Shown piece by piece: positions 24,393 through 34,978 of a DNA stretch of 64,000 nucleotides. A model generated the notes under the pieces. The model worked only from the letters and a program-made list of their open reading frames with translations, was not told where the DNA came from and made no database searches. Numbering within the stretch: position 1 is the first letter of the stretch; each line of letters opens with the position of its first letter. A program made the translations under genes and the position numbers. The DNA is from Podarcis bocagei. Its lineage: Eukaryota. The DNA is taken from the NCBI GenBank assembly GCA_964188305.1, contig OZ076893.1. One strand, written 5' to 3'.

Positions 24393-27300
24393 ATTGCAGG
24401 CATTCTAGTGAGCATGAGGACAGCTTGGAGCCACCATTTAACTTTCCTACAATGTCCCAAGCCAGTCACAATGTAGCATTGCTGAGAAATTGTGAGACAT
24501 TTAAATGGTTGAGACCTCCATTACATTGGGGGTGCTCCAATGTGCATTGTAGAAGGTGTGAATTGTGACCAAGGGATGGTGGCCCCAAGGTACCCTGGTG
24601 CTCGACTGTGCACAGTGGGTGAAGTCAGCACTCATATGGGAGAGACCCACCAGAGGGCATTATGCCAAAAGAGTCCCTTCAAACCTGGAACCAGCCCTAA
24701 CTGCTTTATTGTTGAATAGATTATGTGTTGGGTTCATTATTCAATTTTATTTAATCTGCTTCCAAATATTTGGTGAGGTTTGTTACTGATACCACAGCTT
24801 GCATGAAACCATATTGTAAATTTAGGGCAATTTCACAAATGACTCTAGGAATCATAACCATAAATGTTCCCACATTTGCAATATGAATGAATGAATCACC
24901 TTGATCAGTACACACAATCACTTTTTAAGTGACTTCCCCCCCTCATTTTTGTATCATATAAACACCATTGAGAAGTGACAAACTGGTAGCCAAATTGTTT
25001 TTTTAAAGTATTGAGTGTAAAAATGCAATTATTCTTATCTGATGTTTATCTTCACGTGCCATCTGTGCTTTACATTTAATGAAACATAATAAGATAGGGT
25101 TTATGATAGTCCAATTTGTTTTAAATGTAGAGCCCTAAATGCCAAGTGGTAAATGAATGATAACGAATAATTTTAAAGGGAGTTGCTAAAAAAGCTAATG
25201 TACACACAACAATACTTCACAATATATCGTGTCTGGGATTATAGAAGTAGAAATGGCTATTTGGCTAATGCCTTGCAACAGGAGCTGAATTTAAAAGCAT
25301 CATTTGCCCAACTTTACTATACCATGGCATCTGGTGATCGGAAAATAAATTCAGCTTTATCACAACATTATGGCAAGAAATGAAGACTACTAGTTTCTAC
25401 TGGAAGTGTTAAGATATGTTCGCCCATTACACTTAGTTTGAAAATTGTAATTTATCCTTAAGTGATGAACCATTTTTTTCAGAAACTTAGTCATTTCAGT
25501 CTTAATTTAATATTGTCTCTAGGGATTCAGTGCTGTAGCATCTAGTCAGTGTCATTTAGGCATGATAAGGCCCTGAGCCTGGATATACTGTGTGCATAAG
25601 TAATTCTTAGCACACAAATGGCTGGACTCAAGGCAATGATTAGAACCAAGCCAGTCTTTCTGCATCATGTCCATTTATTGCACAAGGAAGAGGCATCATT
25701 TTATCTTAAATTCACTCCCCTGTTTCTGCCTCTGGCATTCTCTCTCCAAATGTGCTTTCCAATTTCTCATTTTCATTCTCCTTCCTCCCCTCATTTAGCT
25801 CTTGCTCGCTCTCCCTCTCTATCCCCAATGGCTCCCCTTGGCAATAGCCATTTAAGCAACAATCAACAATTACTAATGCTGATACTCCTCTGCTTAACTG
25901 AACACAATAATGGGACTTCTATAAAGGAAAATTTCACACCAAATGGTTTGGGGGACAGGACGGGCAGGGAATGGGACATGAAGCAATTCTCTTCTGAAGC
26001 TTTCCCTAGCACTGCATGTTAAGAAAAACAGGTATCTGCAGTGTCTGTTGACAGGCTTGCATTCCTGAGCAGATATTTTTCAAAAGTTACTATTGAGCAT
26101 TGTGTCAACATGTTGAATATTCCTTGTGCTGTCCAACCGGAGCCAGGGCCCATAAATTAAGGGAGTGGGGCCACAAAACAAACATTGTTCAGAGCAGGTC
26201 ATCTCCAGTCTCTTTCAGTTCCATCATCAAGAAGCTTGAGAAGCTGAATTACTTTGCATCTAGTATCATACTTACAAGGTCCTTTTAAGGTATGCAGAGA
26301 GAGGAATAGTCTGCAAAGCAGCAAACCAAATATACATAATGCCAAACCTTGGCATTTGTTGAGTACTTTTAATTTGAAATAATTTATTTTTAAGTCCTTG
26401 TCTCCCTTAGACAGATGTATTGCTCTCACTTAATATGAAAATCAGTATTAATTAGGCCAGCAAGTGTTGCACTTTCCCATTAGAAGAGATGCTGGTTTAA
26501 ACTCTTCTGGGATATGAGCCAAGTACTTGACAGTTGTGCTACAGGCTTTATTACATTTGCATTCCCCTTACTCCCTACTTTCAACAACAACAACAAAAAG
26601 TAGAGCAAACTTTTTTGAGTACCTAGCTCAACATAAAGTTCTTTTTAGGGTTCTGTCTCCAGACATTAGAAACTGGAATAAGTTACGTAAATCAGTTGAA
26701 TCTGAAGGTGTTTACAGGTTGGTGGATGGAAATTCCATTGTGTCTAATTTGACCATGTATTAGACAAGACAGCACCCTCAGTAGATTTTAGGAATCAGTT
26801 ACAATTGGTTATTGATGATGCTTGAAGATGAGTGATTGGATAATTGCCTGAATGTGCGTGTTGTGTGGCTGGTGATCCATTTTACATGTAATTTATTTTT
26901 ATTTTCTTTTTTAAAGTCATAATGATTATCATGTTTTATCAGGAATTATATCTGTTCTTTTCCCCTCAACATGAATCAGTCACTATGCCCAACTATGAAA
27001 TAAACTGGAACTTCTTTTTTTAATCAATTTTTATTACAAGTTTTCAACACAGAATACAATAAAAGCCAAACTAATCTACAGAAGAAAAATAATTTAAAAG
27101 GCAAGAATAAAAAAGGAATAAAATAAAAAAGAAAGGAAACTCCTAATAGCCCCAGCCAGCATGGTCCATGGTCAGGGGTGAGAGTAGTTAAAAGCCAACA
27201 TCTGGAGGGTCATATGCAGTTCCAGCAGCTGTACTGCCTTGGAAGCACAACCACTGGGACTGACCCTTCCTCTGTTACAATACAAAGGAGGAGTCAAATG

Positions 27301-28793
27301 CCCAAATACTAATATATAGAAAGACACATCAGCAGCTAGTATATCAAACTTACCTGAGCTCATTATGAAAGAAGTAAACTAATCAGTTCTGGCATATTTA
27401 TCCAAGATATGTGAATCTCAAAATACAAACCAGGAGGATGACAGAAAGAATAGTAAGCACAGCAAAGTTGAGCTAGGAGCAGATGAGTTGGCACAGAGAT
27501 CTTTTGATGGACAGGAATCAGAAAACGGAGCAGGGATTGATAGCTTTTTCCATTTCATTTTCCATCTTTTCCCCATGGTTACATGTTCTGCTCAGGCTCT
27601 CTTCCGTTATTTTCCATTTAAAATTTATATAATGTGTTTTCCTCATGCAGCTATCAGTTGCTACAATTTCAAGTAAACCTTTTTTTCTTTTATTGATGCA
27701 TGTCATCACATCTAGATTCTTTTCTTCATTTTTGATGGGTGCTTGAATGTGCATCAGTGTGTGCATCAGTTTTCTTCACCGCTGCTTTTAATGGTGTGTG
27801 CATTTGGACGCTGCCTGCAAGAGGGAAAAGGAGAAGTCTTTCCCTTCAGTAAAGCCCAGTGAATGAGGTGAAATTGACATTACTTTCGTCAGTTTCATTT
27901 CTTGCTTTTGCCTCTAATAACCTCAGAAAATTCTGGTGTTTCACCTCTGCGCCTATTTACTCAGTAGAATATCAGCTTAAATCAATGAGATGATTTCACA
28001 AGCATCCATTATGTACCGGTAATTAAAATAAAAATCTAGCCATTCTTACCATTCACTAGCAAAATCTAAACTGAATTGTCCTGTGTTTCTTTATCACATG
28101 TGCAAGGCACAAACGTCCTTAATAAAGTTGTTCCCCATTTATTACAGAAAGCTCTATATCCTTATTTAAGGGGAAGAGATGCAGTTAGCTTTATCTGCCA
28201 TGGAGATGGAAGGGAAAATTCACCTGCTAAATGTGTACATATCAGGACACTGTTAAACATTTAGAAATCTTGTCATAATATGTTGGCATCCCTAAATCTC
28301 AGGCCCACTTGAAAATCACAGCGTCTGAACCATGTGCCCTCTCCCCCAATCTCAGCTGTTTGATTATTGGAGATGGGTTTCCTTAAAAAGGCATTTTGTA
28401 CATGTTTAAATACATTCTTGTCTTTGCTGTACACCCACCCCCACAGTCTCTATTCTGAGTTGACCCACACAGGTGAATTGGTAAAACTTTATTGCGCTAC
28501 AGCAGAGGTGGGGAAACTTTTCTGGCCTGTGGGGCTGGTCTTTATTTCCCCACCCTAGAGGACTGCAGCTGACAGGTGGGCAGTTAATCACCTGACATCC
28601 CTATGACATCAGGTGATTCTGTACTTTGAAGCCCTGGGTGTTGGGACTTCAAAGCACAACAAAGGGCTGTTTGAGAGACCTTTTGCAAACAGGCCCACAC
28701 CGTTCTTCAAACTTCTGATGTCAGGTGTAAGGCAGAGAGATGTGGCTTGCCCATAAATACATCACAAGCCATGATTGGCTAGAGAACAGTAAA

Positions 28794-28997
28794 CAGTGGT
28801 ACCTTGGGTTACATGTGCTTCAGGTTACAGACTCCGCTAACTCAGAAATAGTACCTCGGGTTAAGAACTTTGCTTAACCCAACAGCAGCAGGGGGCCCCA
28901 TTAGCTAAAGTGGTGCTTCAGGTTAAGAACAGTTTCAGGTTAAGAACGGACCTCTGGAACGAATTAAGTATTAACGAATTAACCCGAGGTACCACTG
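28794..28997. mobile_element. Tc1/mariner MITE family A, inverted relative to 269-510 and internally deleted
   Basis: Ends CAGTGGTACCTTGGGTTA and TAACCCGAGGTACCACTG+TA. The internal sequence is the reverse complement of the 269-510 copy but about 40 bp shorter. Confidence 0.88.
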
Positions 28998-30251
28998 TAA
29001 AGGGGAAATAGGATGAAATTGATTAATCTCTTTTTTATTTTTTAAAAAACCTTTAAAAATTAACTATGCACTATCAGCAGCTATAGGACATTTTGTATCC
29101 CACTCTTTCTCCATGGAACAGAAAGCCACACATTATCTTAACAGTACCCTTGATATGAGACCATGACTGGCAACTTAAGGCCATGCAGTGAGCTTGAAGG
29201 CTAATTACATTTAGGAACAAAGCTCCAAGCAGACTCCAAGGATTCAGTGAAATCCCCAGGTGGATTAAATGTGATTTAAATTAGATGCAGGGAAATGCAA
29301 ACATATCCCAATGGAGTTGTTCAACTCAGAGGAAATCATTCAGTGTACAATTGGGTCTAAAGGGCAAAGAATCCTGGTGGCGGGTTATGCAAAGAAGCAA
29401 GATGTTGAAGTGTGTTTGTATTTGAAGGCGAGGCCCCTAATTGCGTACGTTGTTGCTCAAGAATCAGAGTAATGAGGAAACCCTCCTTTTCAAATGTGGA
29501 AGAGAATGACAACATTTCCCCAAGTACCTTTAAAACTGGATGCATCACTTGTAAATGTTAATTCCACATAGACGGTGGAGGGAAAGCACTCTTAATTATA
29601 TGTGCATGCCAGTCAGTGCAGTTTCCTTCATTTAGTTTATAGAACCAGCAAATTGCAACTACAACAACAGCAACAAAACTAATTACACCACCACTTGTGG
29701 AAAATAGCCTAAGACTGTTTGGAGGGCCTAGATTCCTCAGGCAGGATGCCTCAAAACCTCTGATGGGCCTAGATTCAAGAGCCTGCAGCCCTTATGACAG
29801 ATAACATACATTCACTGCTAAAGGAAAAGCAGAAAAGTCCAATAATTTGAGAACTGTTTGAATGCATTTGGTTTATTTTCTTTATCCGAAGCCTTGCCAA
29901 AAAGAAATTGTAATGTTTTTCAGCAGAGTAAAGAAATTGTTGGTGTATATTTCTGTGCATGAATACACAAAATATATGACACACTTCTGAGGCATTTTAA
30001 GACTGGTAACTTTGGGAACTATTCAGAAATTGGACATTGGCACCTGTGAATCCTTGTAGCCAAACTGTGCTCTGCTACTTGGCGTGAAAACTCTAAAACA
30101 TTCTTTTATTTCAAATCCATTTAAATGCCGAGACTAATGTGGGCTGAATAAAAATTACATGGCACTTTGTTCTGCATCTAACATGTGGGTCTGTACTGTA
30201 AGAAATATTAATTGATGTATGCAAGATTATATAACTCCAGGTTTTCATCAG

Positions 30252-30404
30252 GACAGTGATCTACTGGATCGTCGAAAACACTGCTTTGGTGTCCAATCTG
30301 AAATGGGAGAGGATCTCTACTTTTCTGTGGAATTAGAATGTGACCTCATATTATGGGAAAAGGCCTTCCAATCAGCAACTTTTTTAGAAGTGGAACGAAT
30401 ACAG
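30252..30404 (+). CDS. SNTG1: Gamma-1-syntrophin coding exon, 153 nt (DSDLLDRRKHCFGVQSEMGEDLYFSVELECDLILWEKAFQSATFLEVERIQ)
   Basis: Acceptor ttttcatcag| and donor CAG|gtaaga. Lies inside ORF 30219..30503. Matches the end of the SNTG1 PH domain. Confidence 0.96.
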
Positions 30405-30469
30405 GTAAGAAACATGCGGTGTCAAATTCATTTTTGGTTATTATTATGCAATACATTTTATGTGATAGT

Positions 30470-30612
30470 CAGTGCTTTTTTCTGGGGGTACGCATACCCC
30501 TAAACATTTTGTGAATCTTAGTTTGGTCTCATTGAGGGGCAGTATTTCAATATGAGTAGGAAAACGAGAACCCCTAAACATTTTTCTTTCTTTCTTTTTT
30601 AAAAAAGCACTG
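30470..30612. mobile_element. Short hAT MITE, family B
   Basis: TIR CAGTGCTTTTTT/AAAAAAGCACTG with an 8-bp TSD GTGATAGT (30462-30469, 30613-30620). Lies 65 nt after the exon donor at 30404. Confidence 0.9.
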
Positions 30613-31119
30613 GTGATAGTGATAGTTATTACCAAAGGCTTTGGGGGGGGGAGGTTTGGAATATTTAATGGGAAAAAGAGTTAATGATATACTACAAAGG
30701 GAAAAAAATCTCATTTAAAAGCAAAACAAGATAGGGTTCTGTATACACTTTTAGTTTTTGAAACCCAAACACTGAAAGTACTAATGGTTGTTTGATATGT
30801 TCTTGGCCAAACCAAAATGGTGGTTCAGCAGCTAGAAGCATTGAGTTGTAGGCTTCTGTTATTTTGCTTATTTTCTTAGCTTTCACTTAGAAAATGAAAA
30901 AGATCTGCTTATGAGATAAGGATAAACAATGGTGTGGCAGTAGGGTGCATCCCAATAGTGGGCTAGAAGCTTGAATCTGGGATACTTGGGCCCAGATTAT
31001 CCATGAAGCTTGTTACATGGCCTTGGGCTAGTCACTATCAGCATAGCGCTTGTGATCTCATGGTAGAATTTATTCAAGAGGACAACGAGAAATTGGAATT
31101 TTATGGGATGGTAAAGGAG

Positions 31120-31402
31120 AGACCAGGACTAGGTAACATACATCTCACTGTCAACCAGAATGTTGTTGGTTTGAGTCCACTCAGGGACAACTGTGGGAAA
31201 GATTCTTGTATTGCAGGGGTTGGGCTAGATCAGGCATGGTCAAACTTGGCCCTCCAGCTGTTTTGGGACTACAACTCCCATCATCCCTAGATAACAGGAC
31301 CAGAGGTCAGGGATGATGGGAACTGTAGTCCCAAAACAACTGGAGGGCCAAGTTTGACCATGCATGGACTAGACCTTTCAGCCCTACAAGTCTATGATTC
31401 TA
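31120..31402 (+). mobile_element. tRNA(Asn)-like-head SINE with CR1-type tail (Squam2-like), interrupted by the MITE at 31231-31366
   Basis: CTGTCAACCAGAATGTTGTTGGTTTGAGTCCACTCAGGGAC resembles the 3' half of tRNA-Asn (CTGTTAACCGAAAGGTTGGTGGTTCGAGCCCACCCAGGGAC). It continues GATTCTTGTATTGCAGGGGTTGG..TAGA...CTATGATTCTAT. Confidence 0.65.
31231..31366. mobile_element. Palindromic hAT-derived MITE inserted into a SINE
   Basis: Almost fully self-complementary (CATGGTCAAACTTGGCCCTCCAG..GGGACTACA / TGTAGTCCC..CTGGAGGGCCAAGTTTGACCATG). Degenerate 8-bp TSD GGCTAGAT/GACTAGAC. Confidence 0.85.
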
Positions 31403-32121
31403 TAAGTGCAGATGATTTCAGGGTGGCAGGAGAACTTGGGAGTCACTATGTTGTTACGTAAATATTTATAAGAATAGAACATCTATTATTTTGTTATACT
31501 TCATCCTTTTGAAAAACATAGGATATTTGGATGGGTATCTCTTATATTACTGGGTATAGTTTACATCCATTCCTGTTCTAGTAAGTCAGCTTTCTCCCCT
31601 CTCCCCAACTTATCCAGGATCACAAATAGTGTCACGGATCACAAATAATGCACTTTTAATGCAAGTATTACGATTTTGCAATACTGATTGATGAACAACT
31701 CCCCTCCCCTCTAACCCTGTAAACCTCTTAGCCCATTTTCAATTAATTACAATGTGTTTCAAGTTCATATGCAGCCAGTGTTTGGCAGATCAATCAGATT
31801 GATTCAGTTGGCAGAAGCACAGAACCTGGTTACTATTTTGAGTTTTTACATGTACTGTACAGAATAGTGCCAAAGCTCCTTCTTTTCACATAGAAACCTG
31901 GGAAAATCACCTAGTGTCTTGAGGGCAGGGAATGCTTCTCTGTAATATAATGGGGCAACCTTTACAAAAGAAAATGCATCTTGTTAGGAAATGTATGCAG
32001 TGGTGTGTTCTACTTGTTGAATAATGGATTTGCAGATAGTGCATCTCACTCAGATCAGTAGGATATCAGTAGGATATGCACTACAGCTTTGTTTAAATCA
32101 TAGTCATAATGTACAACTATT

Positions 32122-32245
32122 AAGGTAAAGGGACCCCTGACCATTAGGTCCAGTCGTGGCCAACTCTGGGGTTGTGGCGCTCATCTCGCTTTATTGGCCA
32201 AGGGAGCCAGTGTACAGCTTCCGGGTCATGTGGCTACCATGACTA
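32122..32245 (-). mobile_element. Sauria SINE 3' portion
   Basis: AAGGTAAAGGGACCCCTGACCATTAGGTCCAGTCGTGGCC..CTCATCTCGCTTTATTGGCC..GGGAGCC..TACAGCTTCCGGGTCATGTGGC is the reverse complement of the Sauria SINE 3' end with its (ACCTTT) tail, as I recall the consensus. Confidence 0.85.
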
Positions 32246-33193
32246 GTTTATCCTAATTTGTACCTTTATGAACTTTTTAATAATTCGAACTTACATTTAT
32301 GATTTTGTTCCAACACTGATTTTTGAAAACTGGAATTCTGGCATGAACTTAGTAGCCAAGAGTCTCTGAACCTTTTCCACTTTAGAAATGGGCTTGGATG
32401 AGCTTTTTTCTCCATTGCATTCTCTCCCACTTTAGACATCTCCTACTAAGCTATAGTATACTTCAGGTTTTGGGGCCTGAGGAACATAATGCTTCAGTTT
32501 CTGCTCCTGAACTAGGGCAACTGAATTATTCACAGACACAGTTTTAAGATCCTGTACTTTTTGCACATGGTAGATTAAATATTGAGTTGCCTCTTATATG
32601 GGAAACTTTCATTCCGAATAGGTTTTTTTCATCTTTTTCAGTGTGCGAAATCAATAATCAAAAGCAAATAATTCACTCTTTTTATGGCAGGTGTAATGTT
32701 TTAACGGTTTATATTAGATCTGTACGAACTTTGACATTATGTGCTCTCTTGGCAGCATTCTTCAATTTATTCTCTCCAAGTTCACAGCAAAGGGGATTAA
32801 TTAAAGTAAGCTGAAAAGCTACAGGTGAAATAAAACCTCTGATTAGGAGCCAGAGAGTGAGAGGCTAGAGACTGACCCTTTACCACTCTAACCTGTGGTG
32901 CACATTAATATCTCTTTACCAATTTGTGACAGCTGCTCAAAGCCCATTATAATCTTTCACCTTTCAATATTTCCTGCTAGGAGTTGTGCTTGTTACTCAT
33001 AGCTTTGTAGCTGGGAGAGTGGGGAGGGGAAGACTGATCCTTAGGTGAAGTGATTGATGGAGCAAATCTAGCACTTGCACAGGTATTGAACTGCTAAATT
33101 AGAACACTAAGGTGGATGGCCAGTGCGTTTAGAACAGAACTTTCCTTCAGTCTAAAGTTACTTCCTCATGCTTACCTGCCACACAGGTTAACG

Positions 33194-33296
33194 CAGGTGT
33201 GGGGAACCTCTGGCTCACCACGTGTTGAAAATGGCCAGGGATTATGAGAGTTGTAGTTCAACGTCATCCAGAGGGCCACAGGTTCCTCACACCTGT
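33194..33296. mobile_element. Palindromic hAT-derived MITE, internally deleted
   Basis: Ends CAGGTGTGGGGAACCT and AGGTTCCTCACACCTG. GAGTTGTAGTTCAAC core shared with 31231, 43356 and 60461. Confidence 0.7.
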
Positions 33297-34015
33297 GCTT
33301 TAAAGTAACCCACATCACTTCTTCAACACAAGGTGCCACTGCAGTCCTTTACATAAAGAGGTTACTTTGCCCAGAAATTTGAGATAGGGGTACGTTTATG
33401 TGTAACAGTGAGCATCCAAACCCTAAAGTAAGGTATCGGAGGGACTGAAAAGAATTATGAGGCTCTGTTTCCAGCACAATGATTCTGTGTTTTAATCATT
33501 TTTATAACTGAAAGATATGACAAAAGGAAGCAATTGTGGGGTTTTTTTTTGCAAGTTAATAAAATTAAACATTTATGCCCATAACATTTATTACTACATA
33601 ATATACTAAATATTAATAAAACTTACATGAAGTTGGTAAGCTTTAACAAGCAGTTGAGTCACAAATATGGCTGCTTATGAGGCTTTCCATTGATTACTTC
33701 GTTTTTTATTTTTCTCTGTGGAATGATTTGTTTCACCCACAAAATCAAATATCATTTATTTTGTCCTATTACTTTTACTGGATGTTTTATGTACTAGTTT
33801 TTGCTAATCATTTTAAGCCCAGTATTTAATTTTATTTCTCTTACAATAAACATTTTCCGGAAATCTTACAAAAAAAGAAGAAGAGAGAGACAGCACCTGC
33901 ATCTATGTACTCTGCTCTAAATTTTCCAACTTTGATAGGACTAATAATAATTAACTGGATGCAGTAATGCAGTTGTTATTGTTTTAGTTGAGTGCAATTC
34001 ACATATACACAAATG

Positions 34016-34978
34016 TGTAACAGTGTATGCGAAGTTTGATTCCAATGGCAGACTTCAATTTCTCTGGAATGCATTCAGAGGCTAGGCATCAAAGTTCCCT
34101 GCAAATAAATATGAAAGGTGCTTCTACATATTGGGGGTGGGGGAAGCAATGATTCCTAGCAGCCGTCCCTCACATACTGTTTCACCTCAGGAAGCCTCGT
34201 TCCACACCCAGTAAGCATGGGATGCCTTTGCCCAGCAGCGCTGGGGCCCATAGACTGCAGCAAAATGCCCTTGCAAAGGGGAGATGAAAGCCTTCCACAG
34301 GAAGCCTCGTTCCACACCCAGTAAGCATGGGATGCCTTTGCCCAGCAGCGCTGGGGCCCATAGACTGCAGCAAAATGCCCTTGCAAAGGGGAGATGAAAG
34401 CCTTCCACTTGGCGCCCGCCCACCCTCTGGTTAGAACCTTCACTGAGCAATTTTGAGTAGCTGGTTGACAGAGCCGGAAATAATTTTTTTCACTCAACCT
34501 GATTGGTACTTCCCTCTCACCTTTCCCCCAGTGAAATTATGGTCTTCCTTTGTTAGGCGGAACAACATTGTTTGTTGAGGGCAGAAATGGCATTGGGCAG
34601 GATCCACCTAGGATGGGAGAGCTCATAAGGGGCCTGAGGGGACAATTGACCATGGCACCTCCAAGCTTGGGTTGAGTTGCCTGGTTGCAATCTTCACCCT
34701 GGTCACCCAGTGAGACCTTGCTTGCTTGGCTTGCACTACACAAAGTTCAGCACTGGCTGACTCCCATGAAATGGGTTTGGGGTGGTCCAAACCCAGGAGA
34801 CCCGTTCCATCATGGAATGATTACATGATCCAGGCCCCAATGCCATGCCAACCCTTACCCTGCCTGTTCCTGTCAATAAAGATTTTATTCCATCACTGTT
34901 CTACGGTCTGGTTATTTTGCTGCTCTGATGGGTCACATATTGTGCCTGCCTGGGCCTTACCTTTTGAGGGGAGGAACA
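34016..34978 (+). mobile_element. Probable solo LTR (ERV or gypsy type, about 960 bp)
   Basis: TGTAACA...GGAACA termini with flanks AATG/AGTG (4-bp TSD, one mismatch). GATTGG (CCAAT) at 34501, TATA-like CATAAG at about 34624, AATAAA at 34875. GC content is above the flanks. Confidence 0.6.
34188..34408. repeat. Perfect 110-bp tandem duplication (2 copies)
   Basis: 34188-34297 is identical to 34298-34407 (CAGGAAGCCTCGTTCCACACC...GATGAAAGCCTTCCA). Confidence 0.95.

Noticed and set aside
31120-31190. Functional tRNA-Asn gene
   Set aside because: The A/B boxes and stems are degenerate and it continues into a SINE body and tail. The same applies to the tRNA-like heads near 24330-24392 and 42090-42158.
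34188-34408. Direct repeats as a CRISPR-like array
   Set aside because: Two adjacent identical 110-bp units with no spacers, in a vertebrate context with no cas genes.
34410-34418. TGGCGCCCG resembling a tRNA-Lys primer-binding site
   Set aside because: Only 9 nt match, it lies inside rather than just after the putative LTR, and no gag/pol sequence follows.
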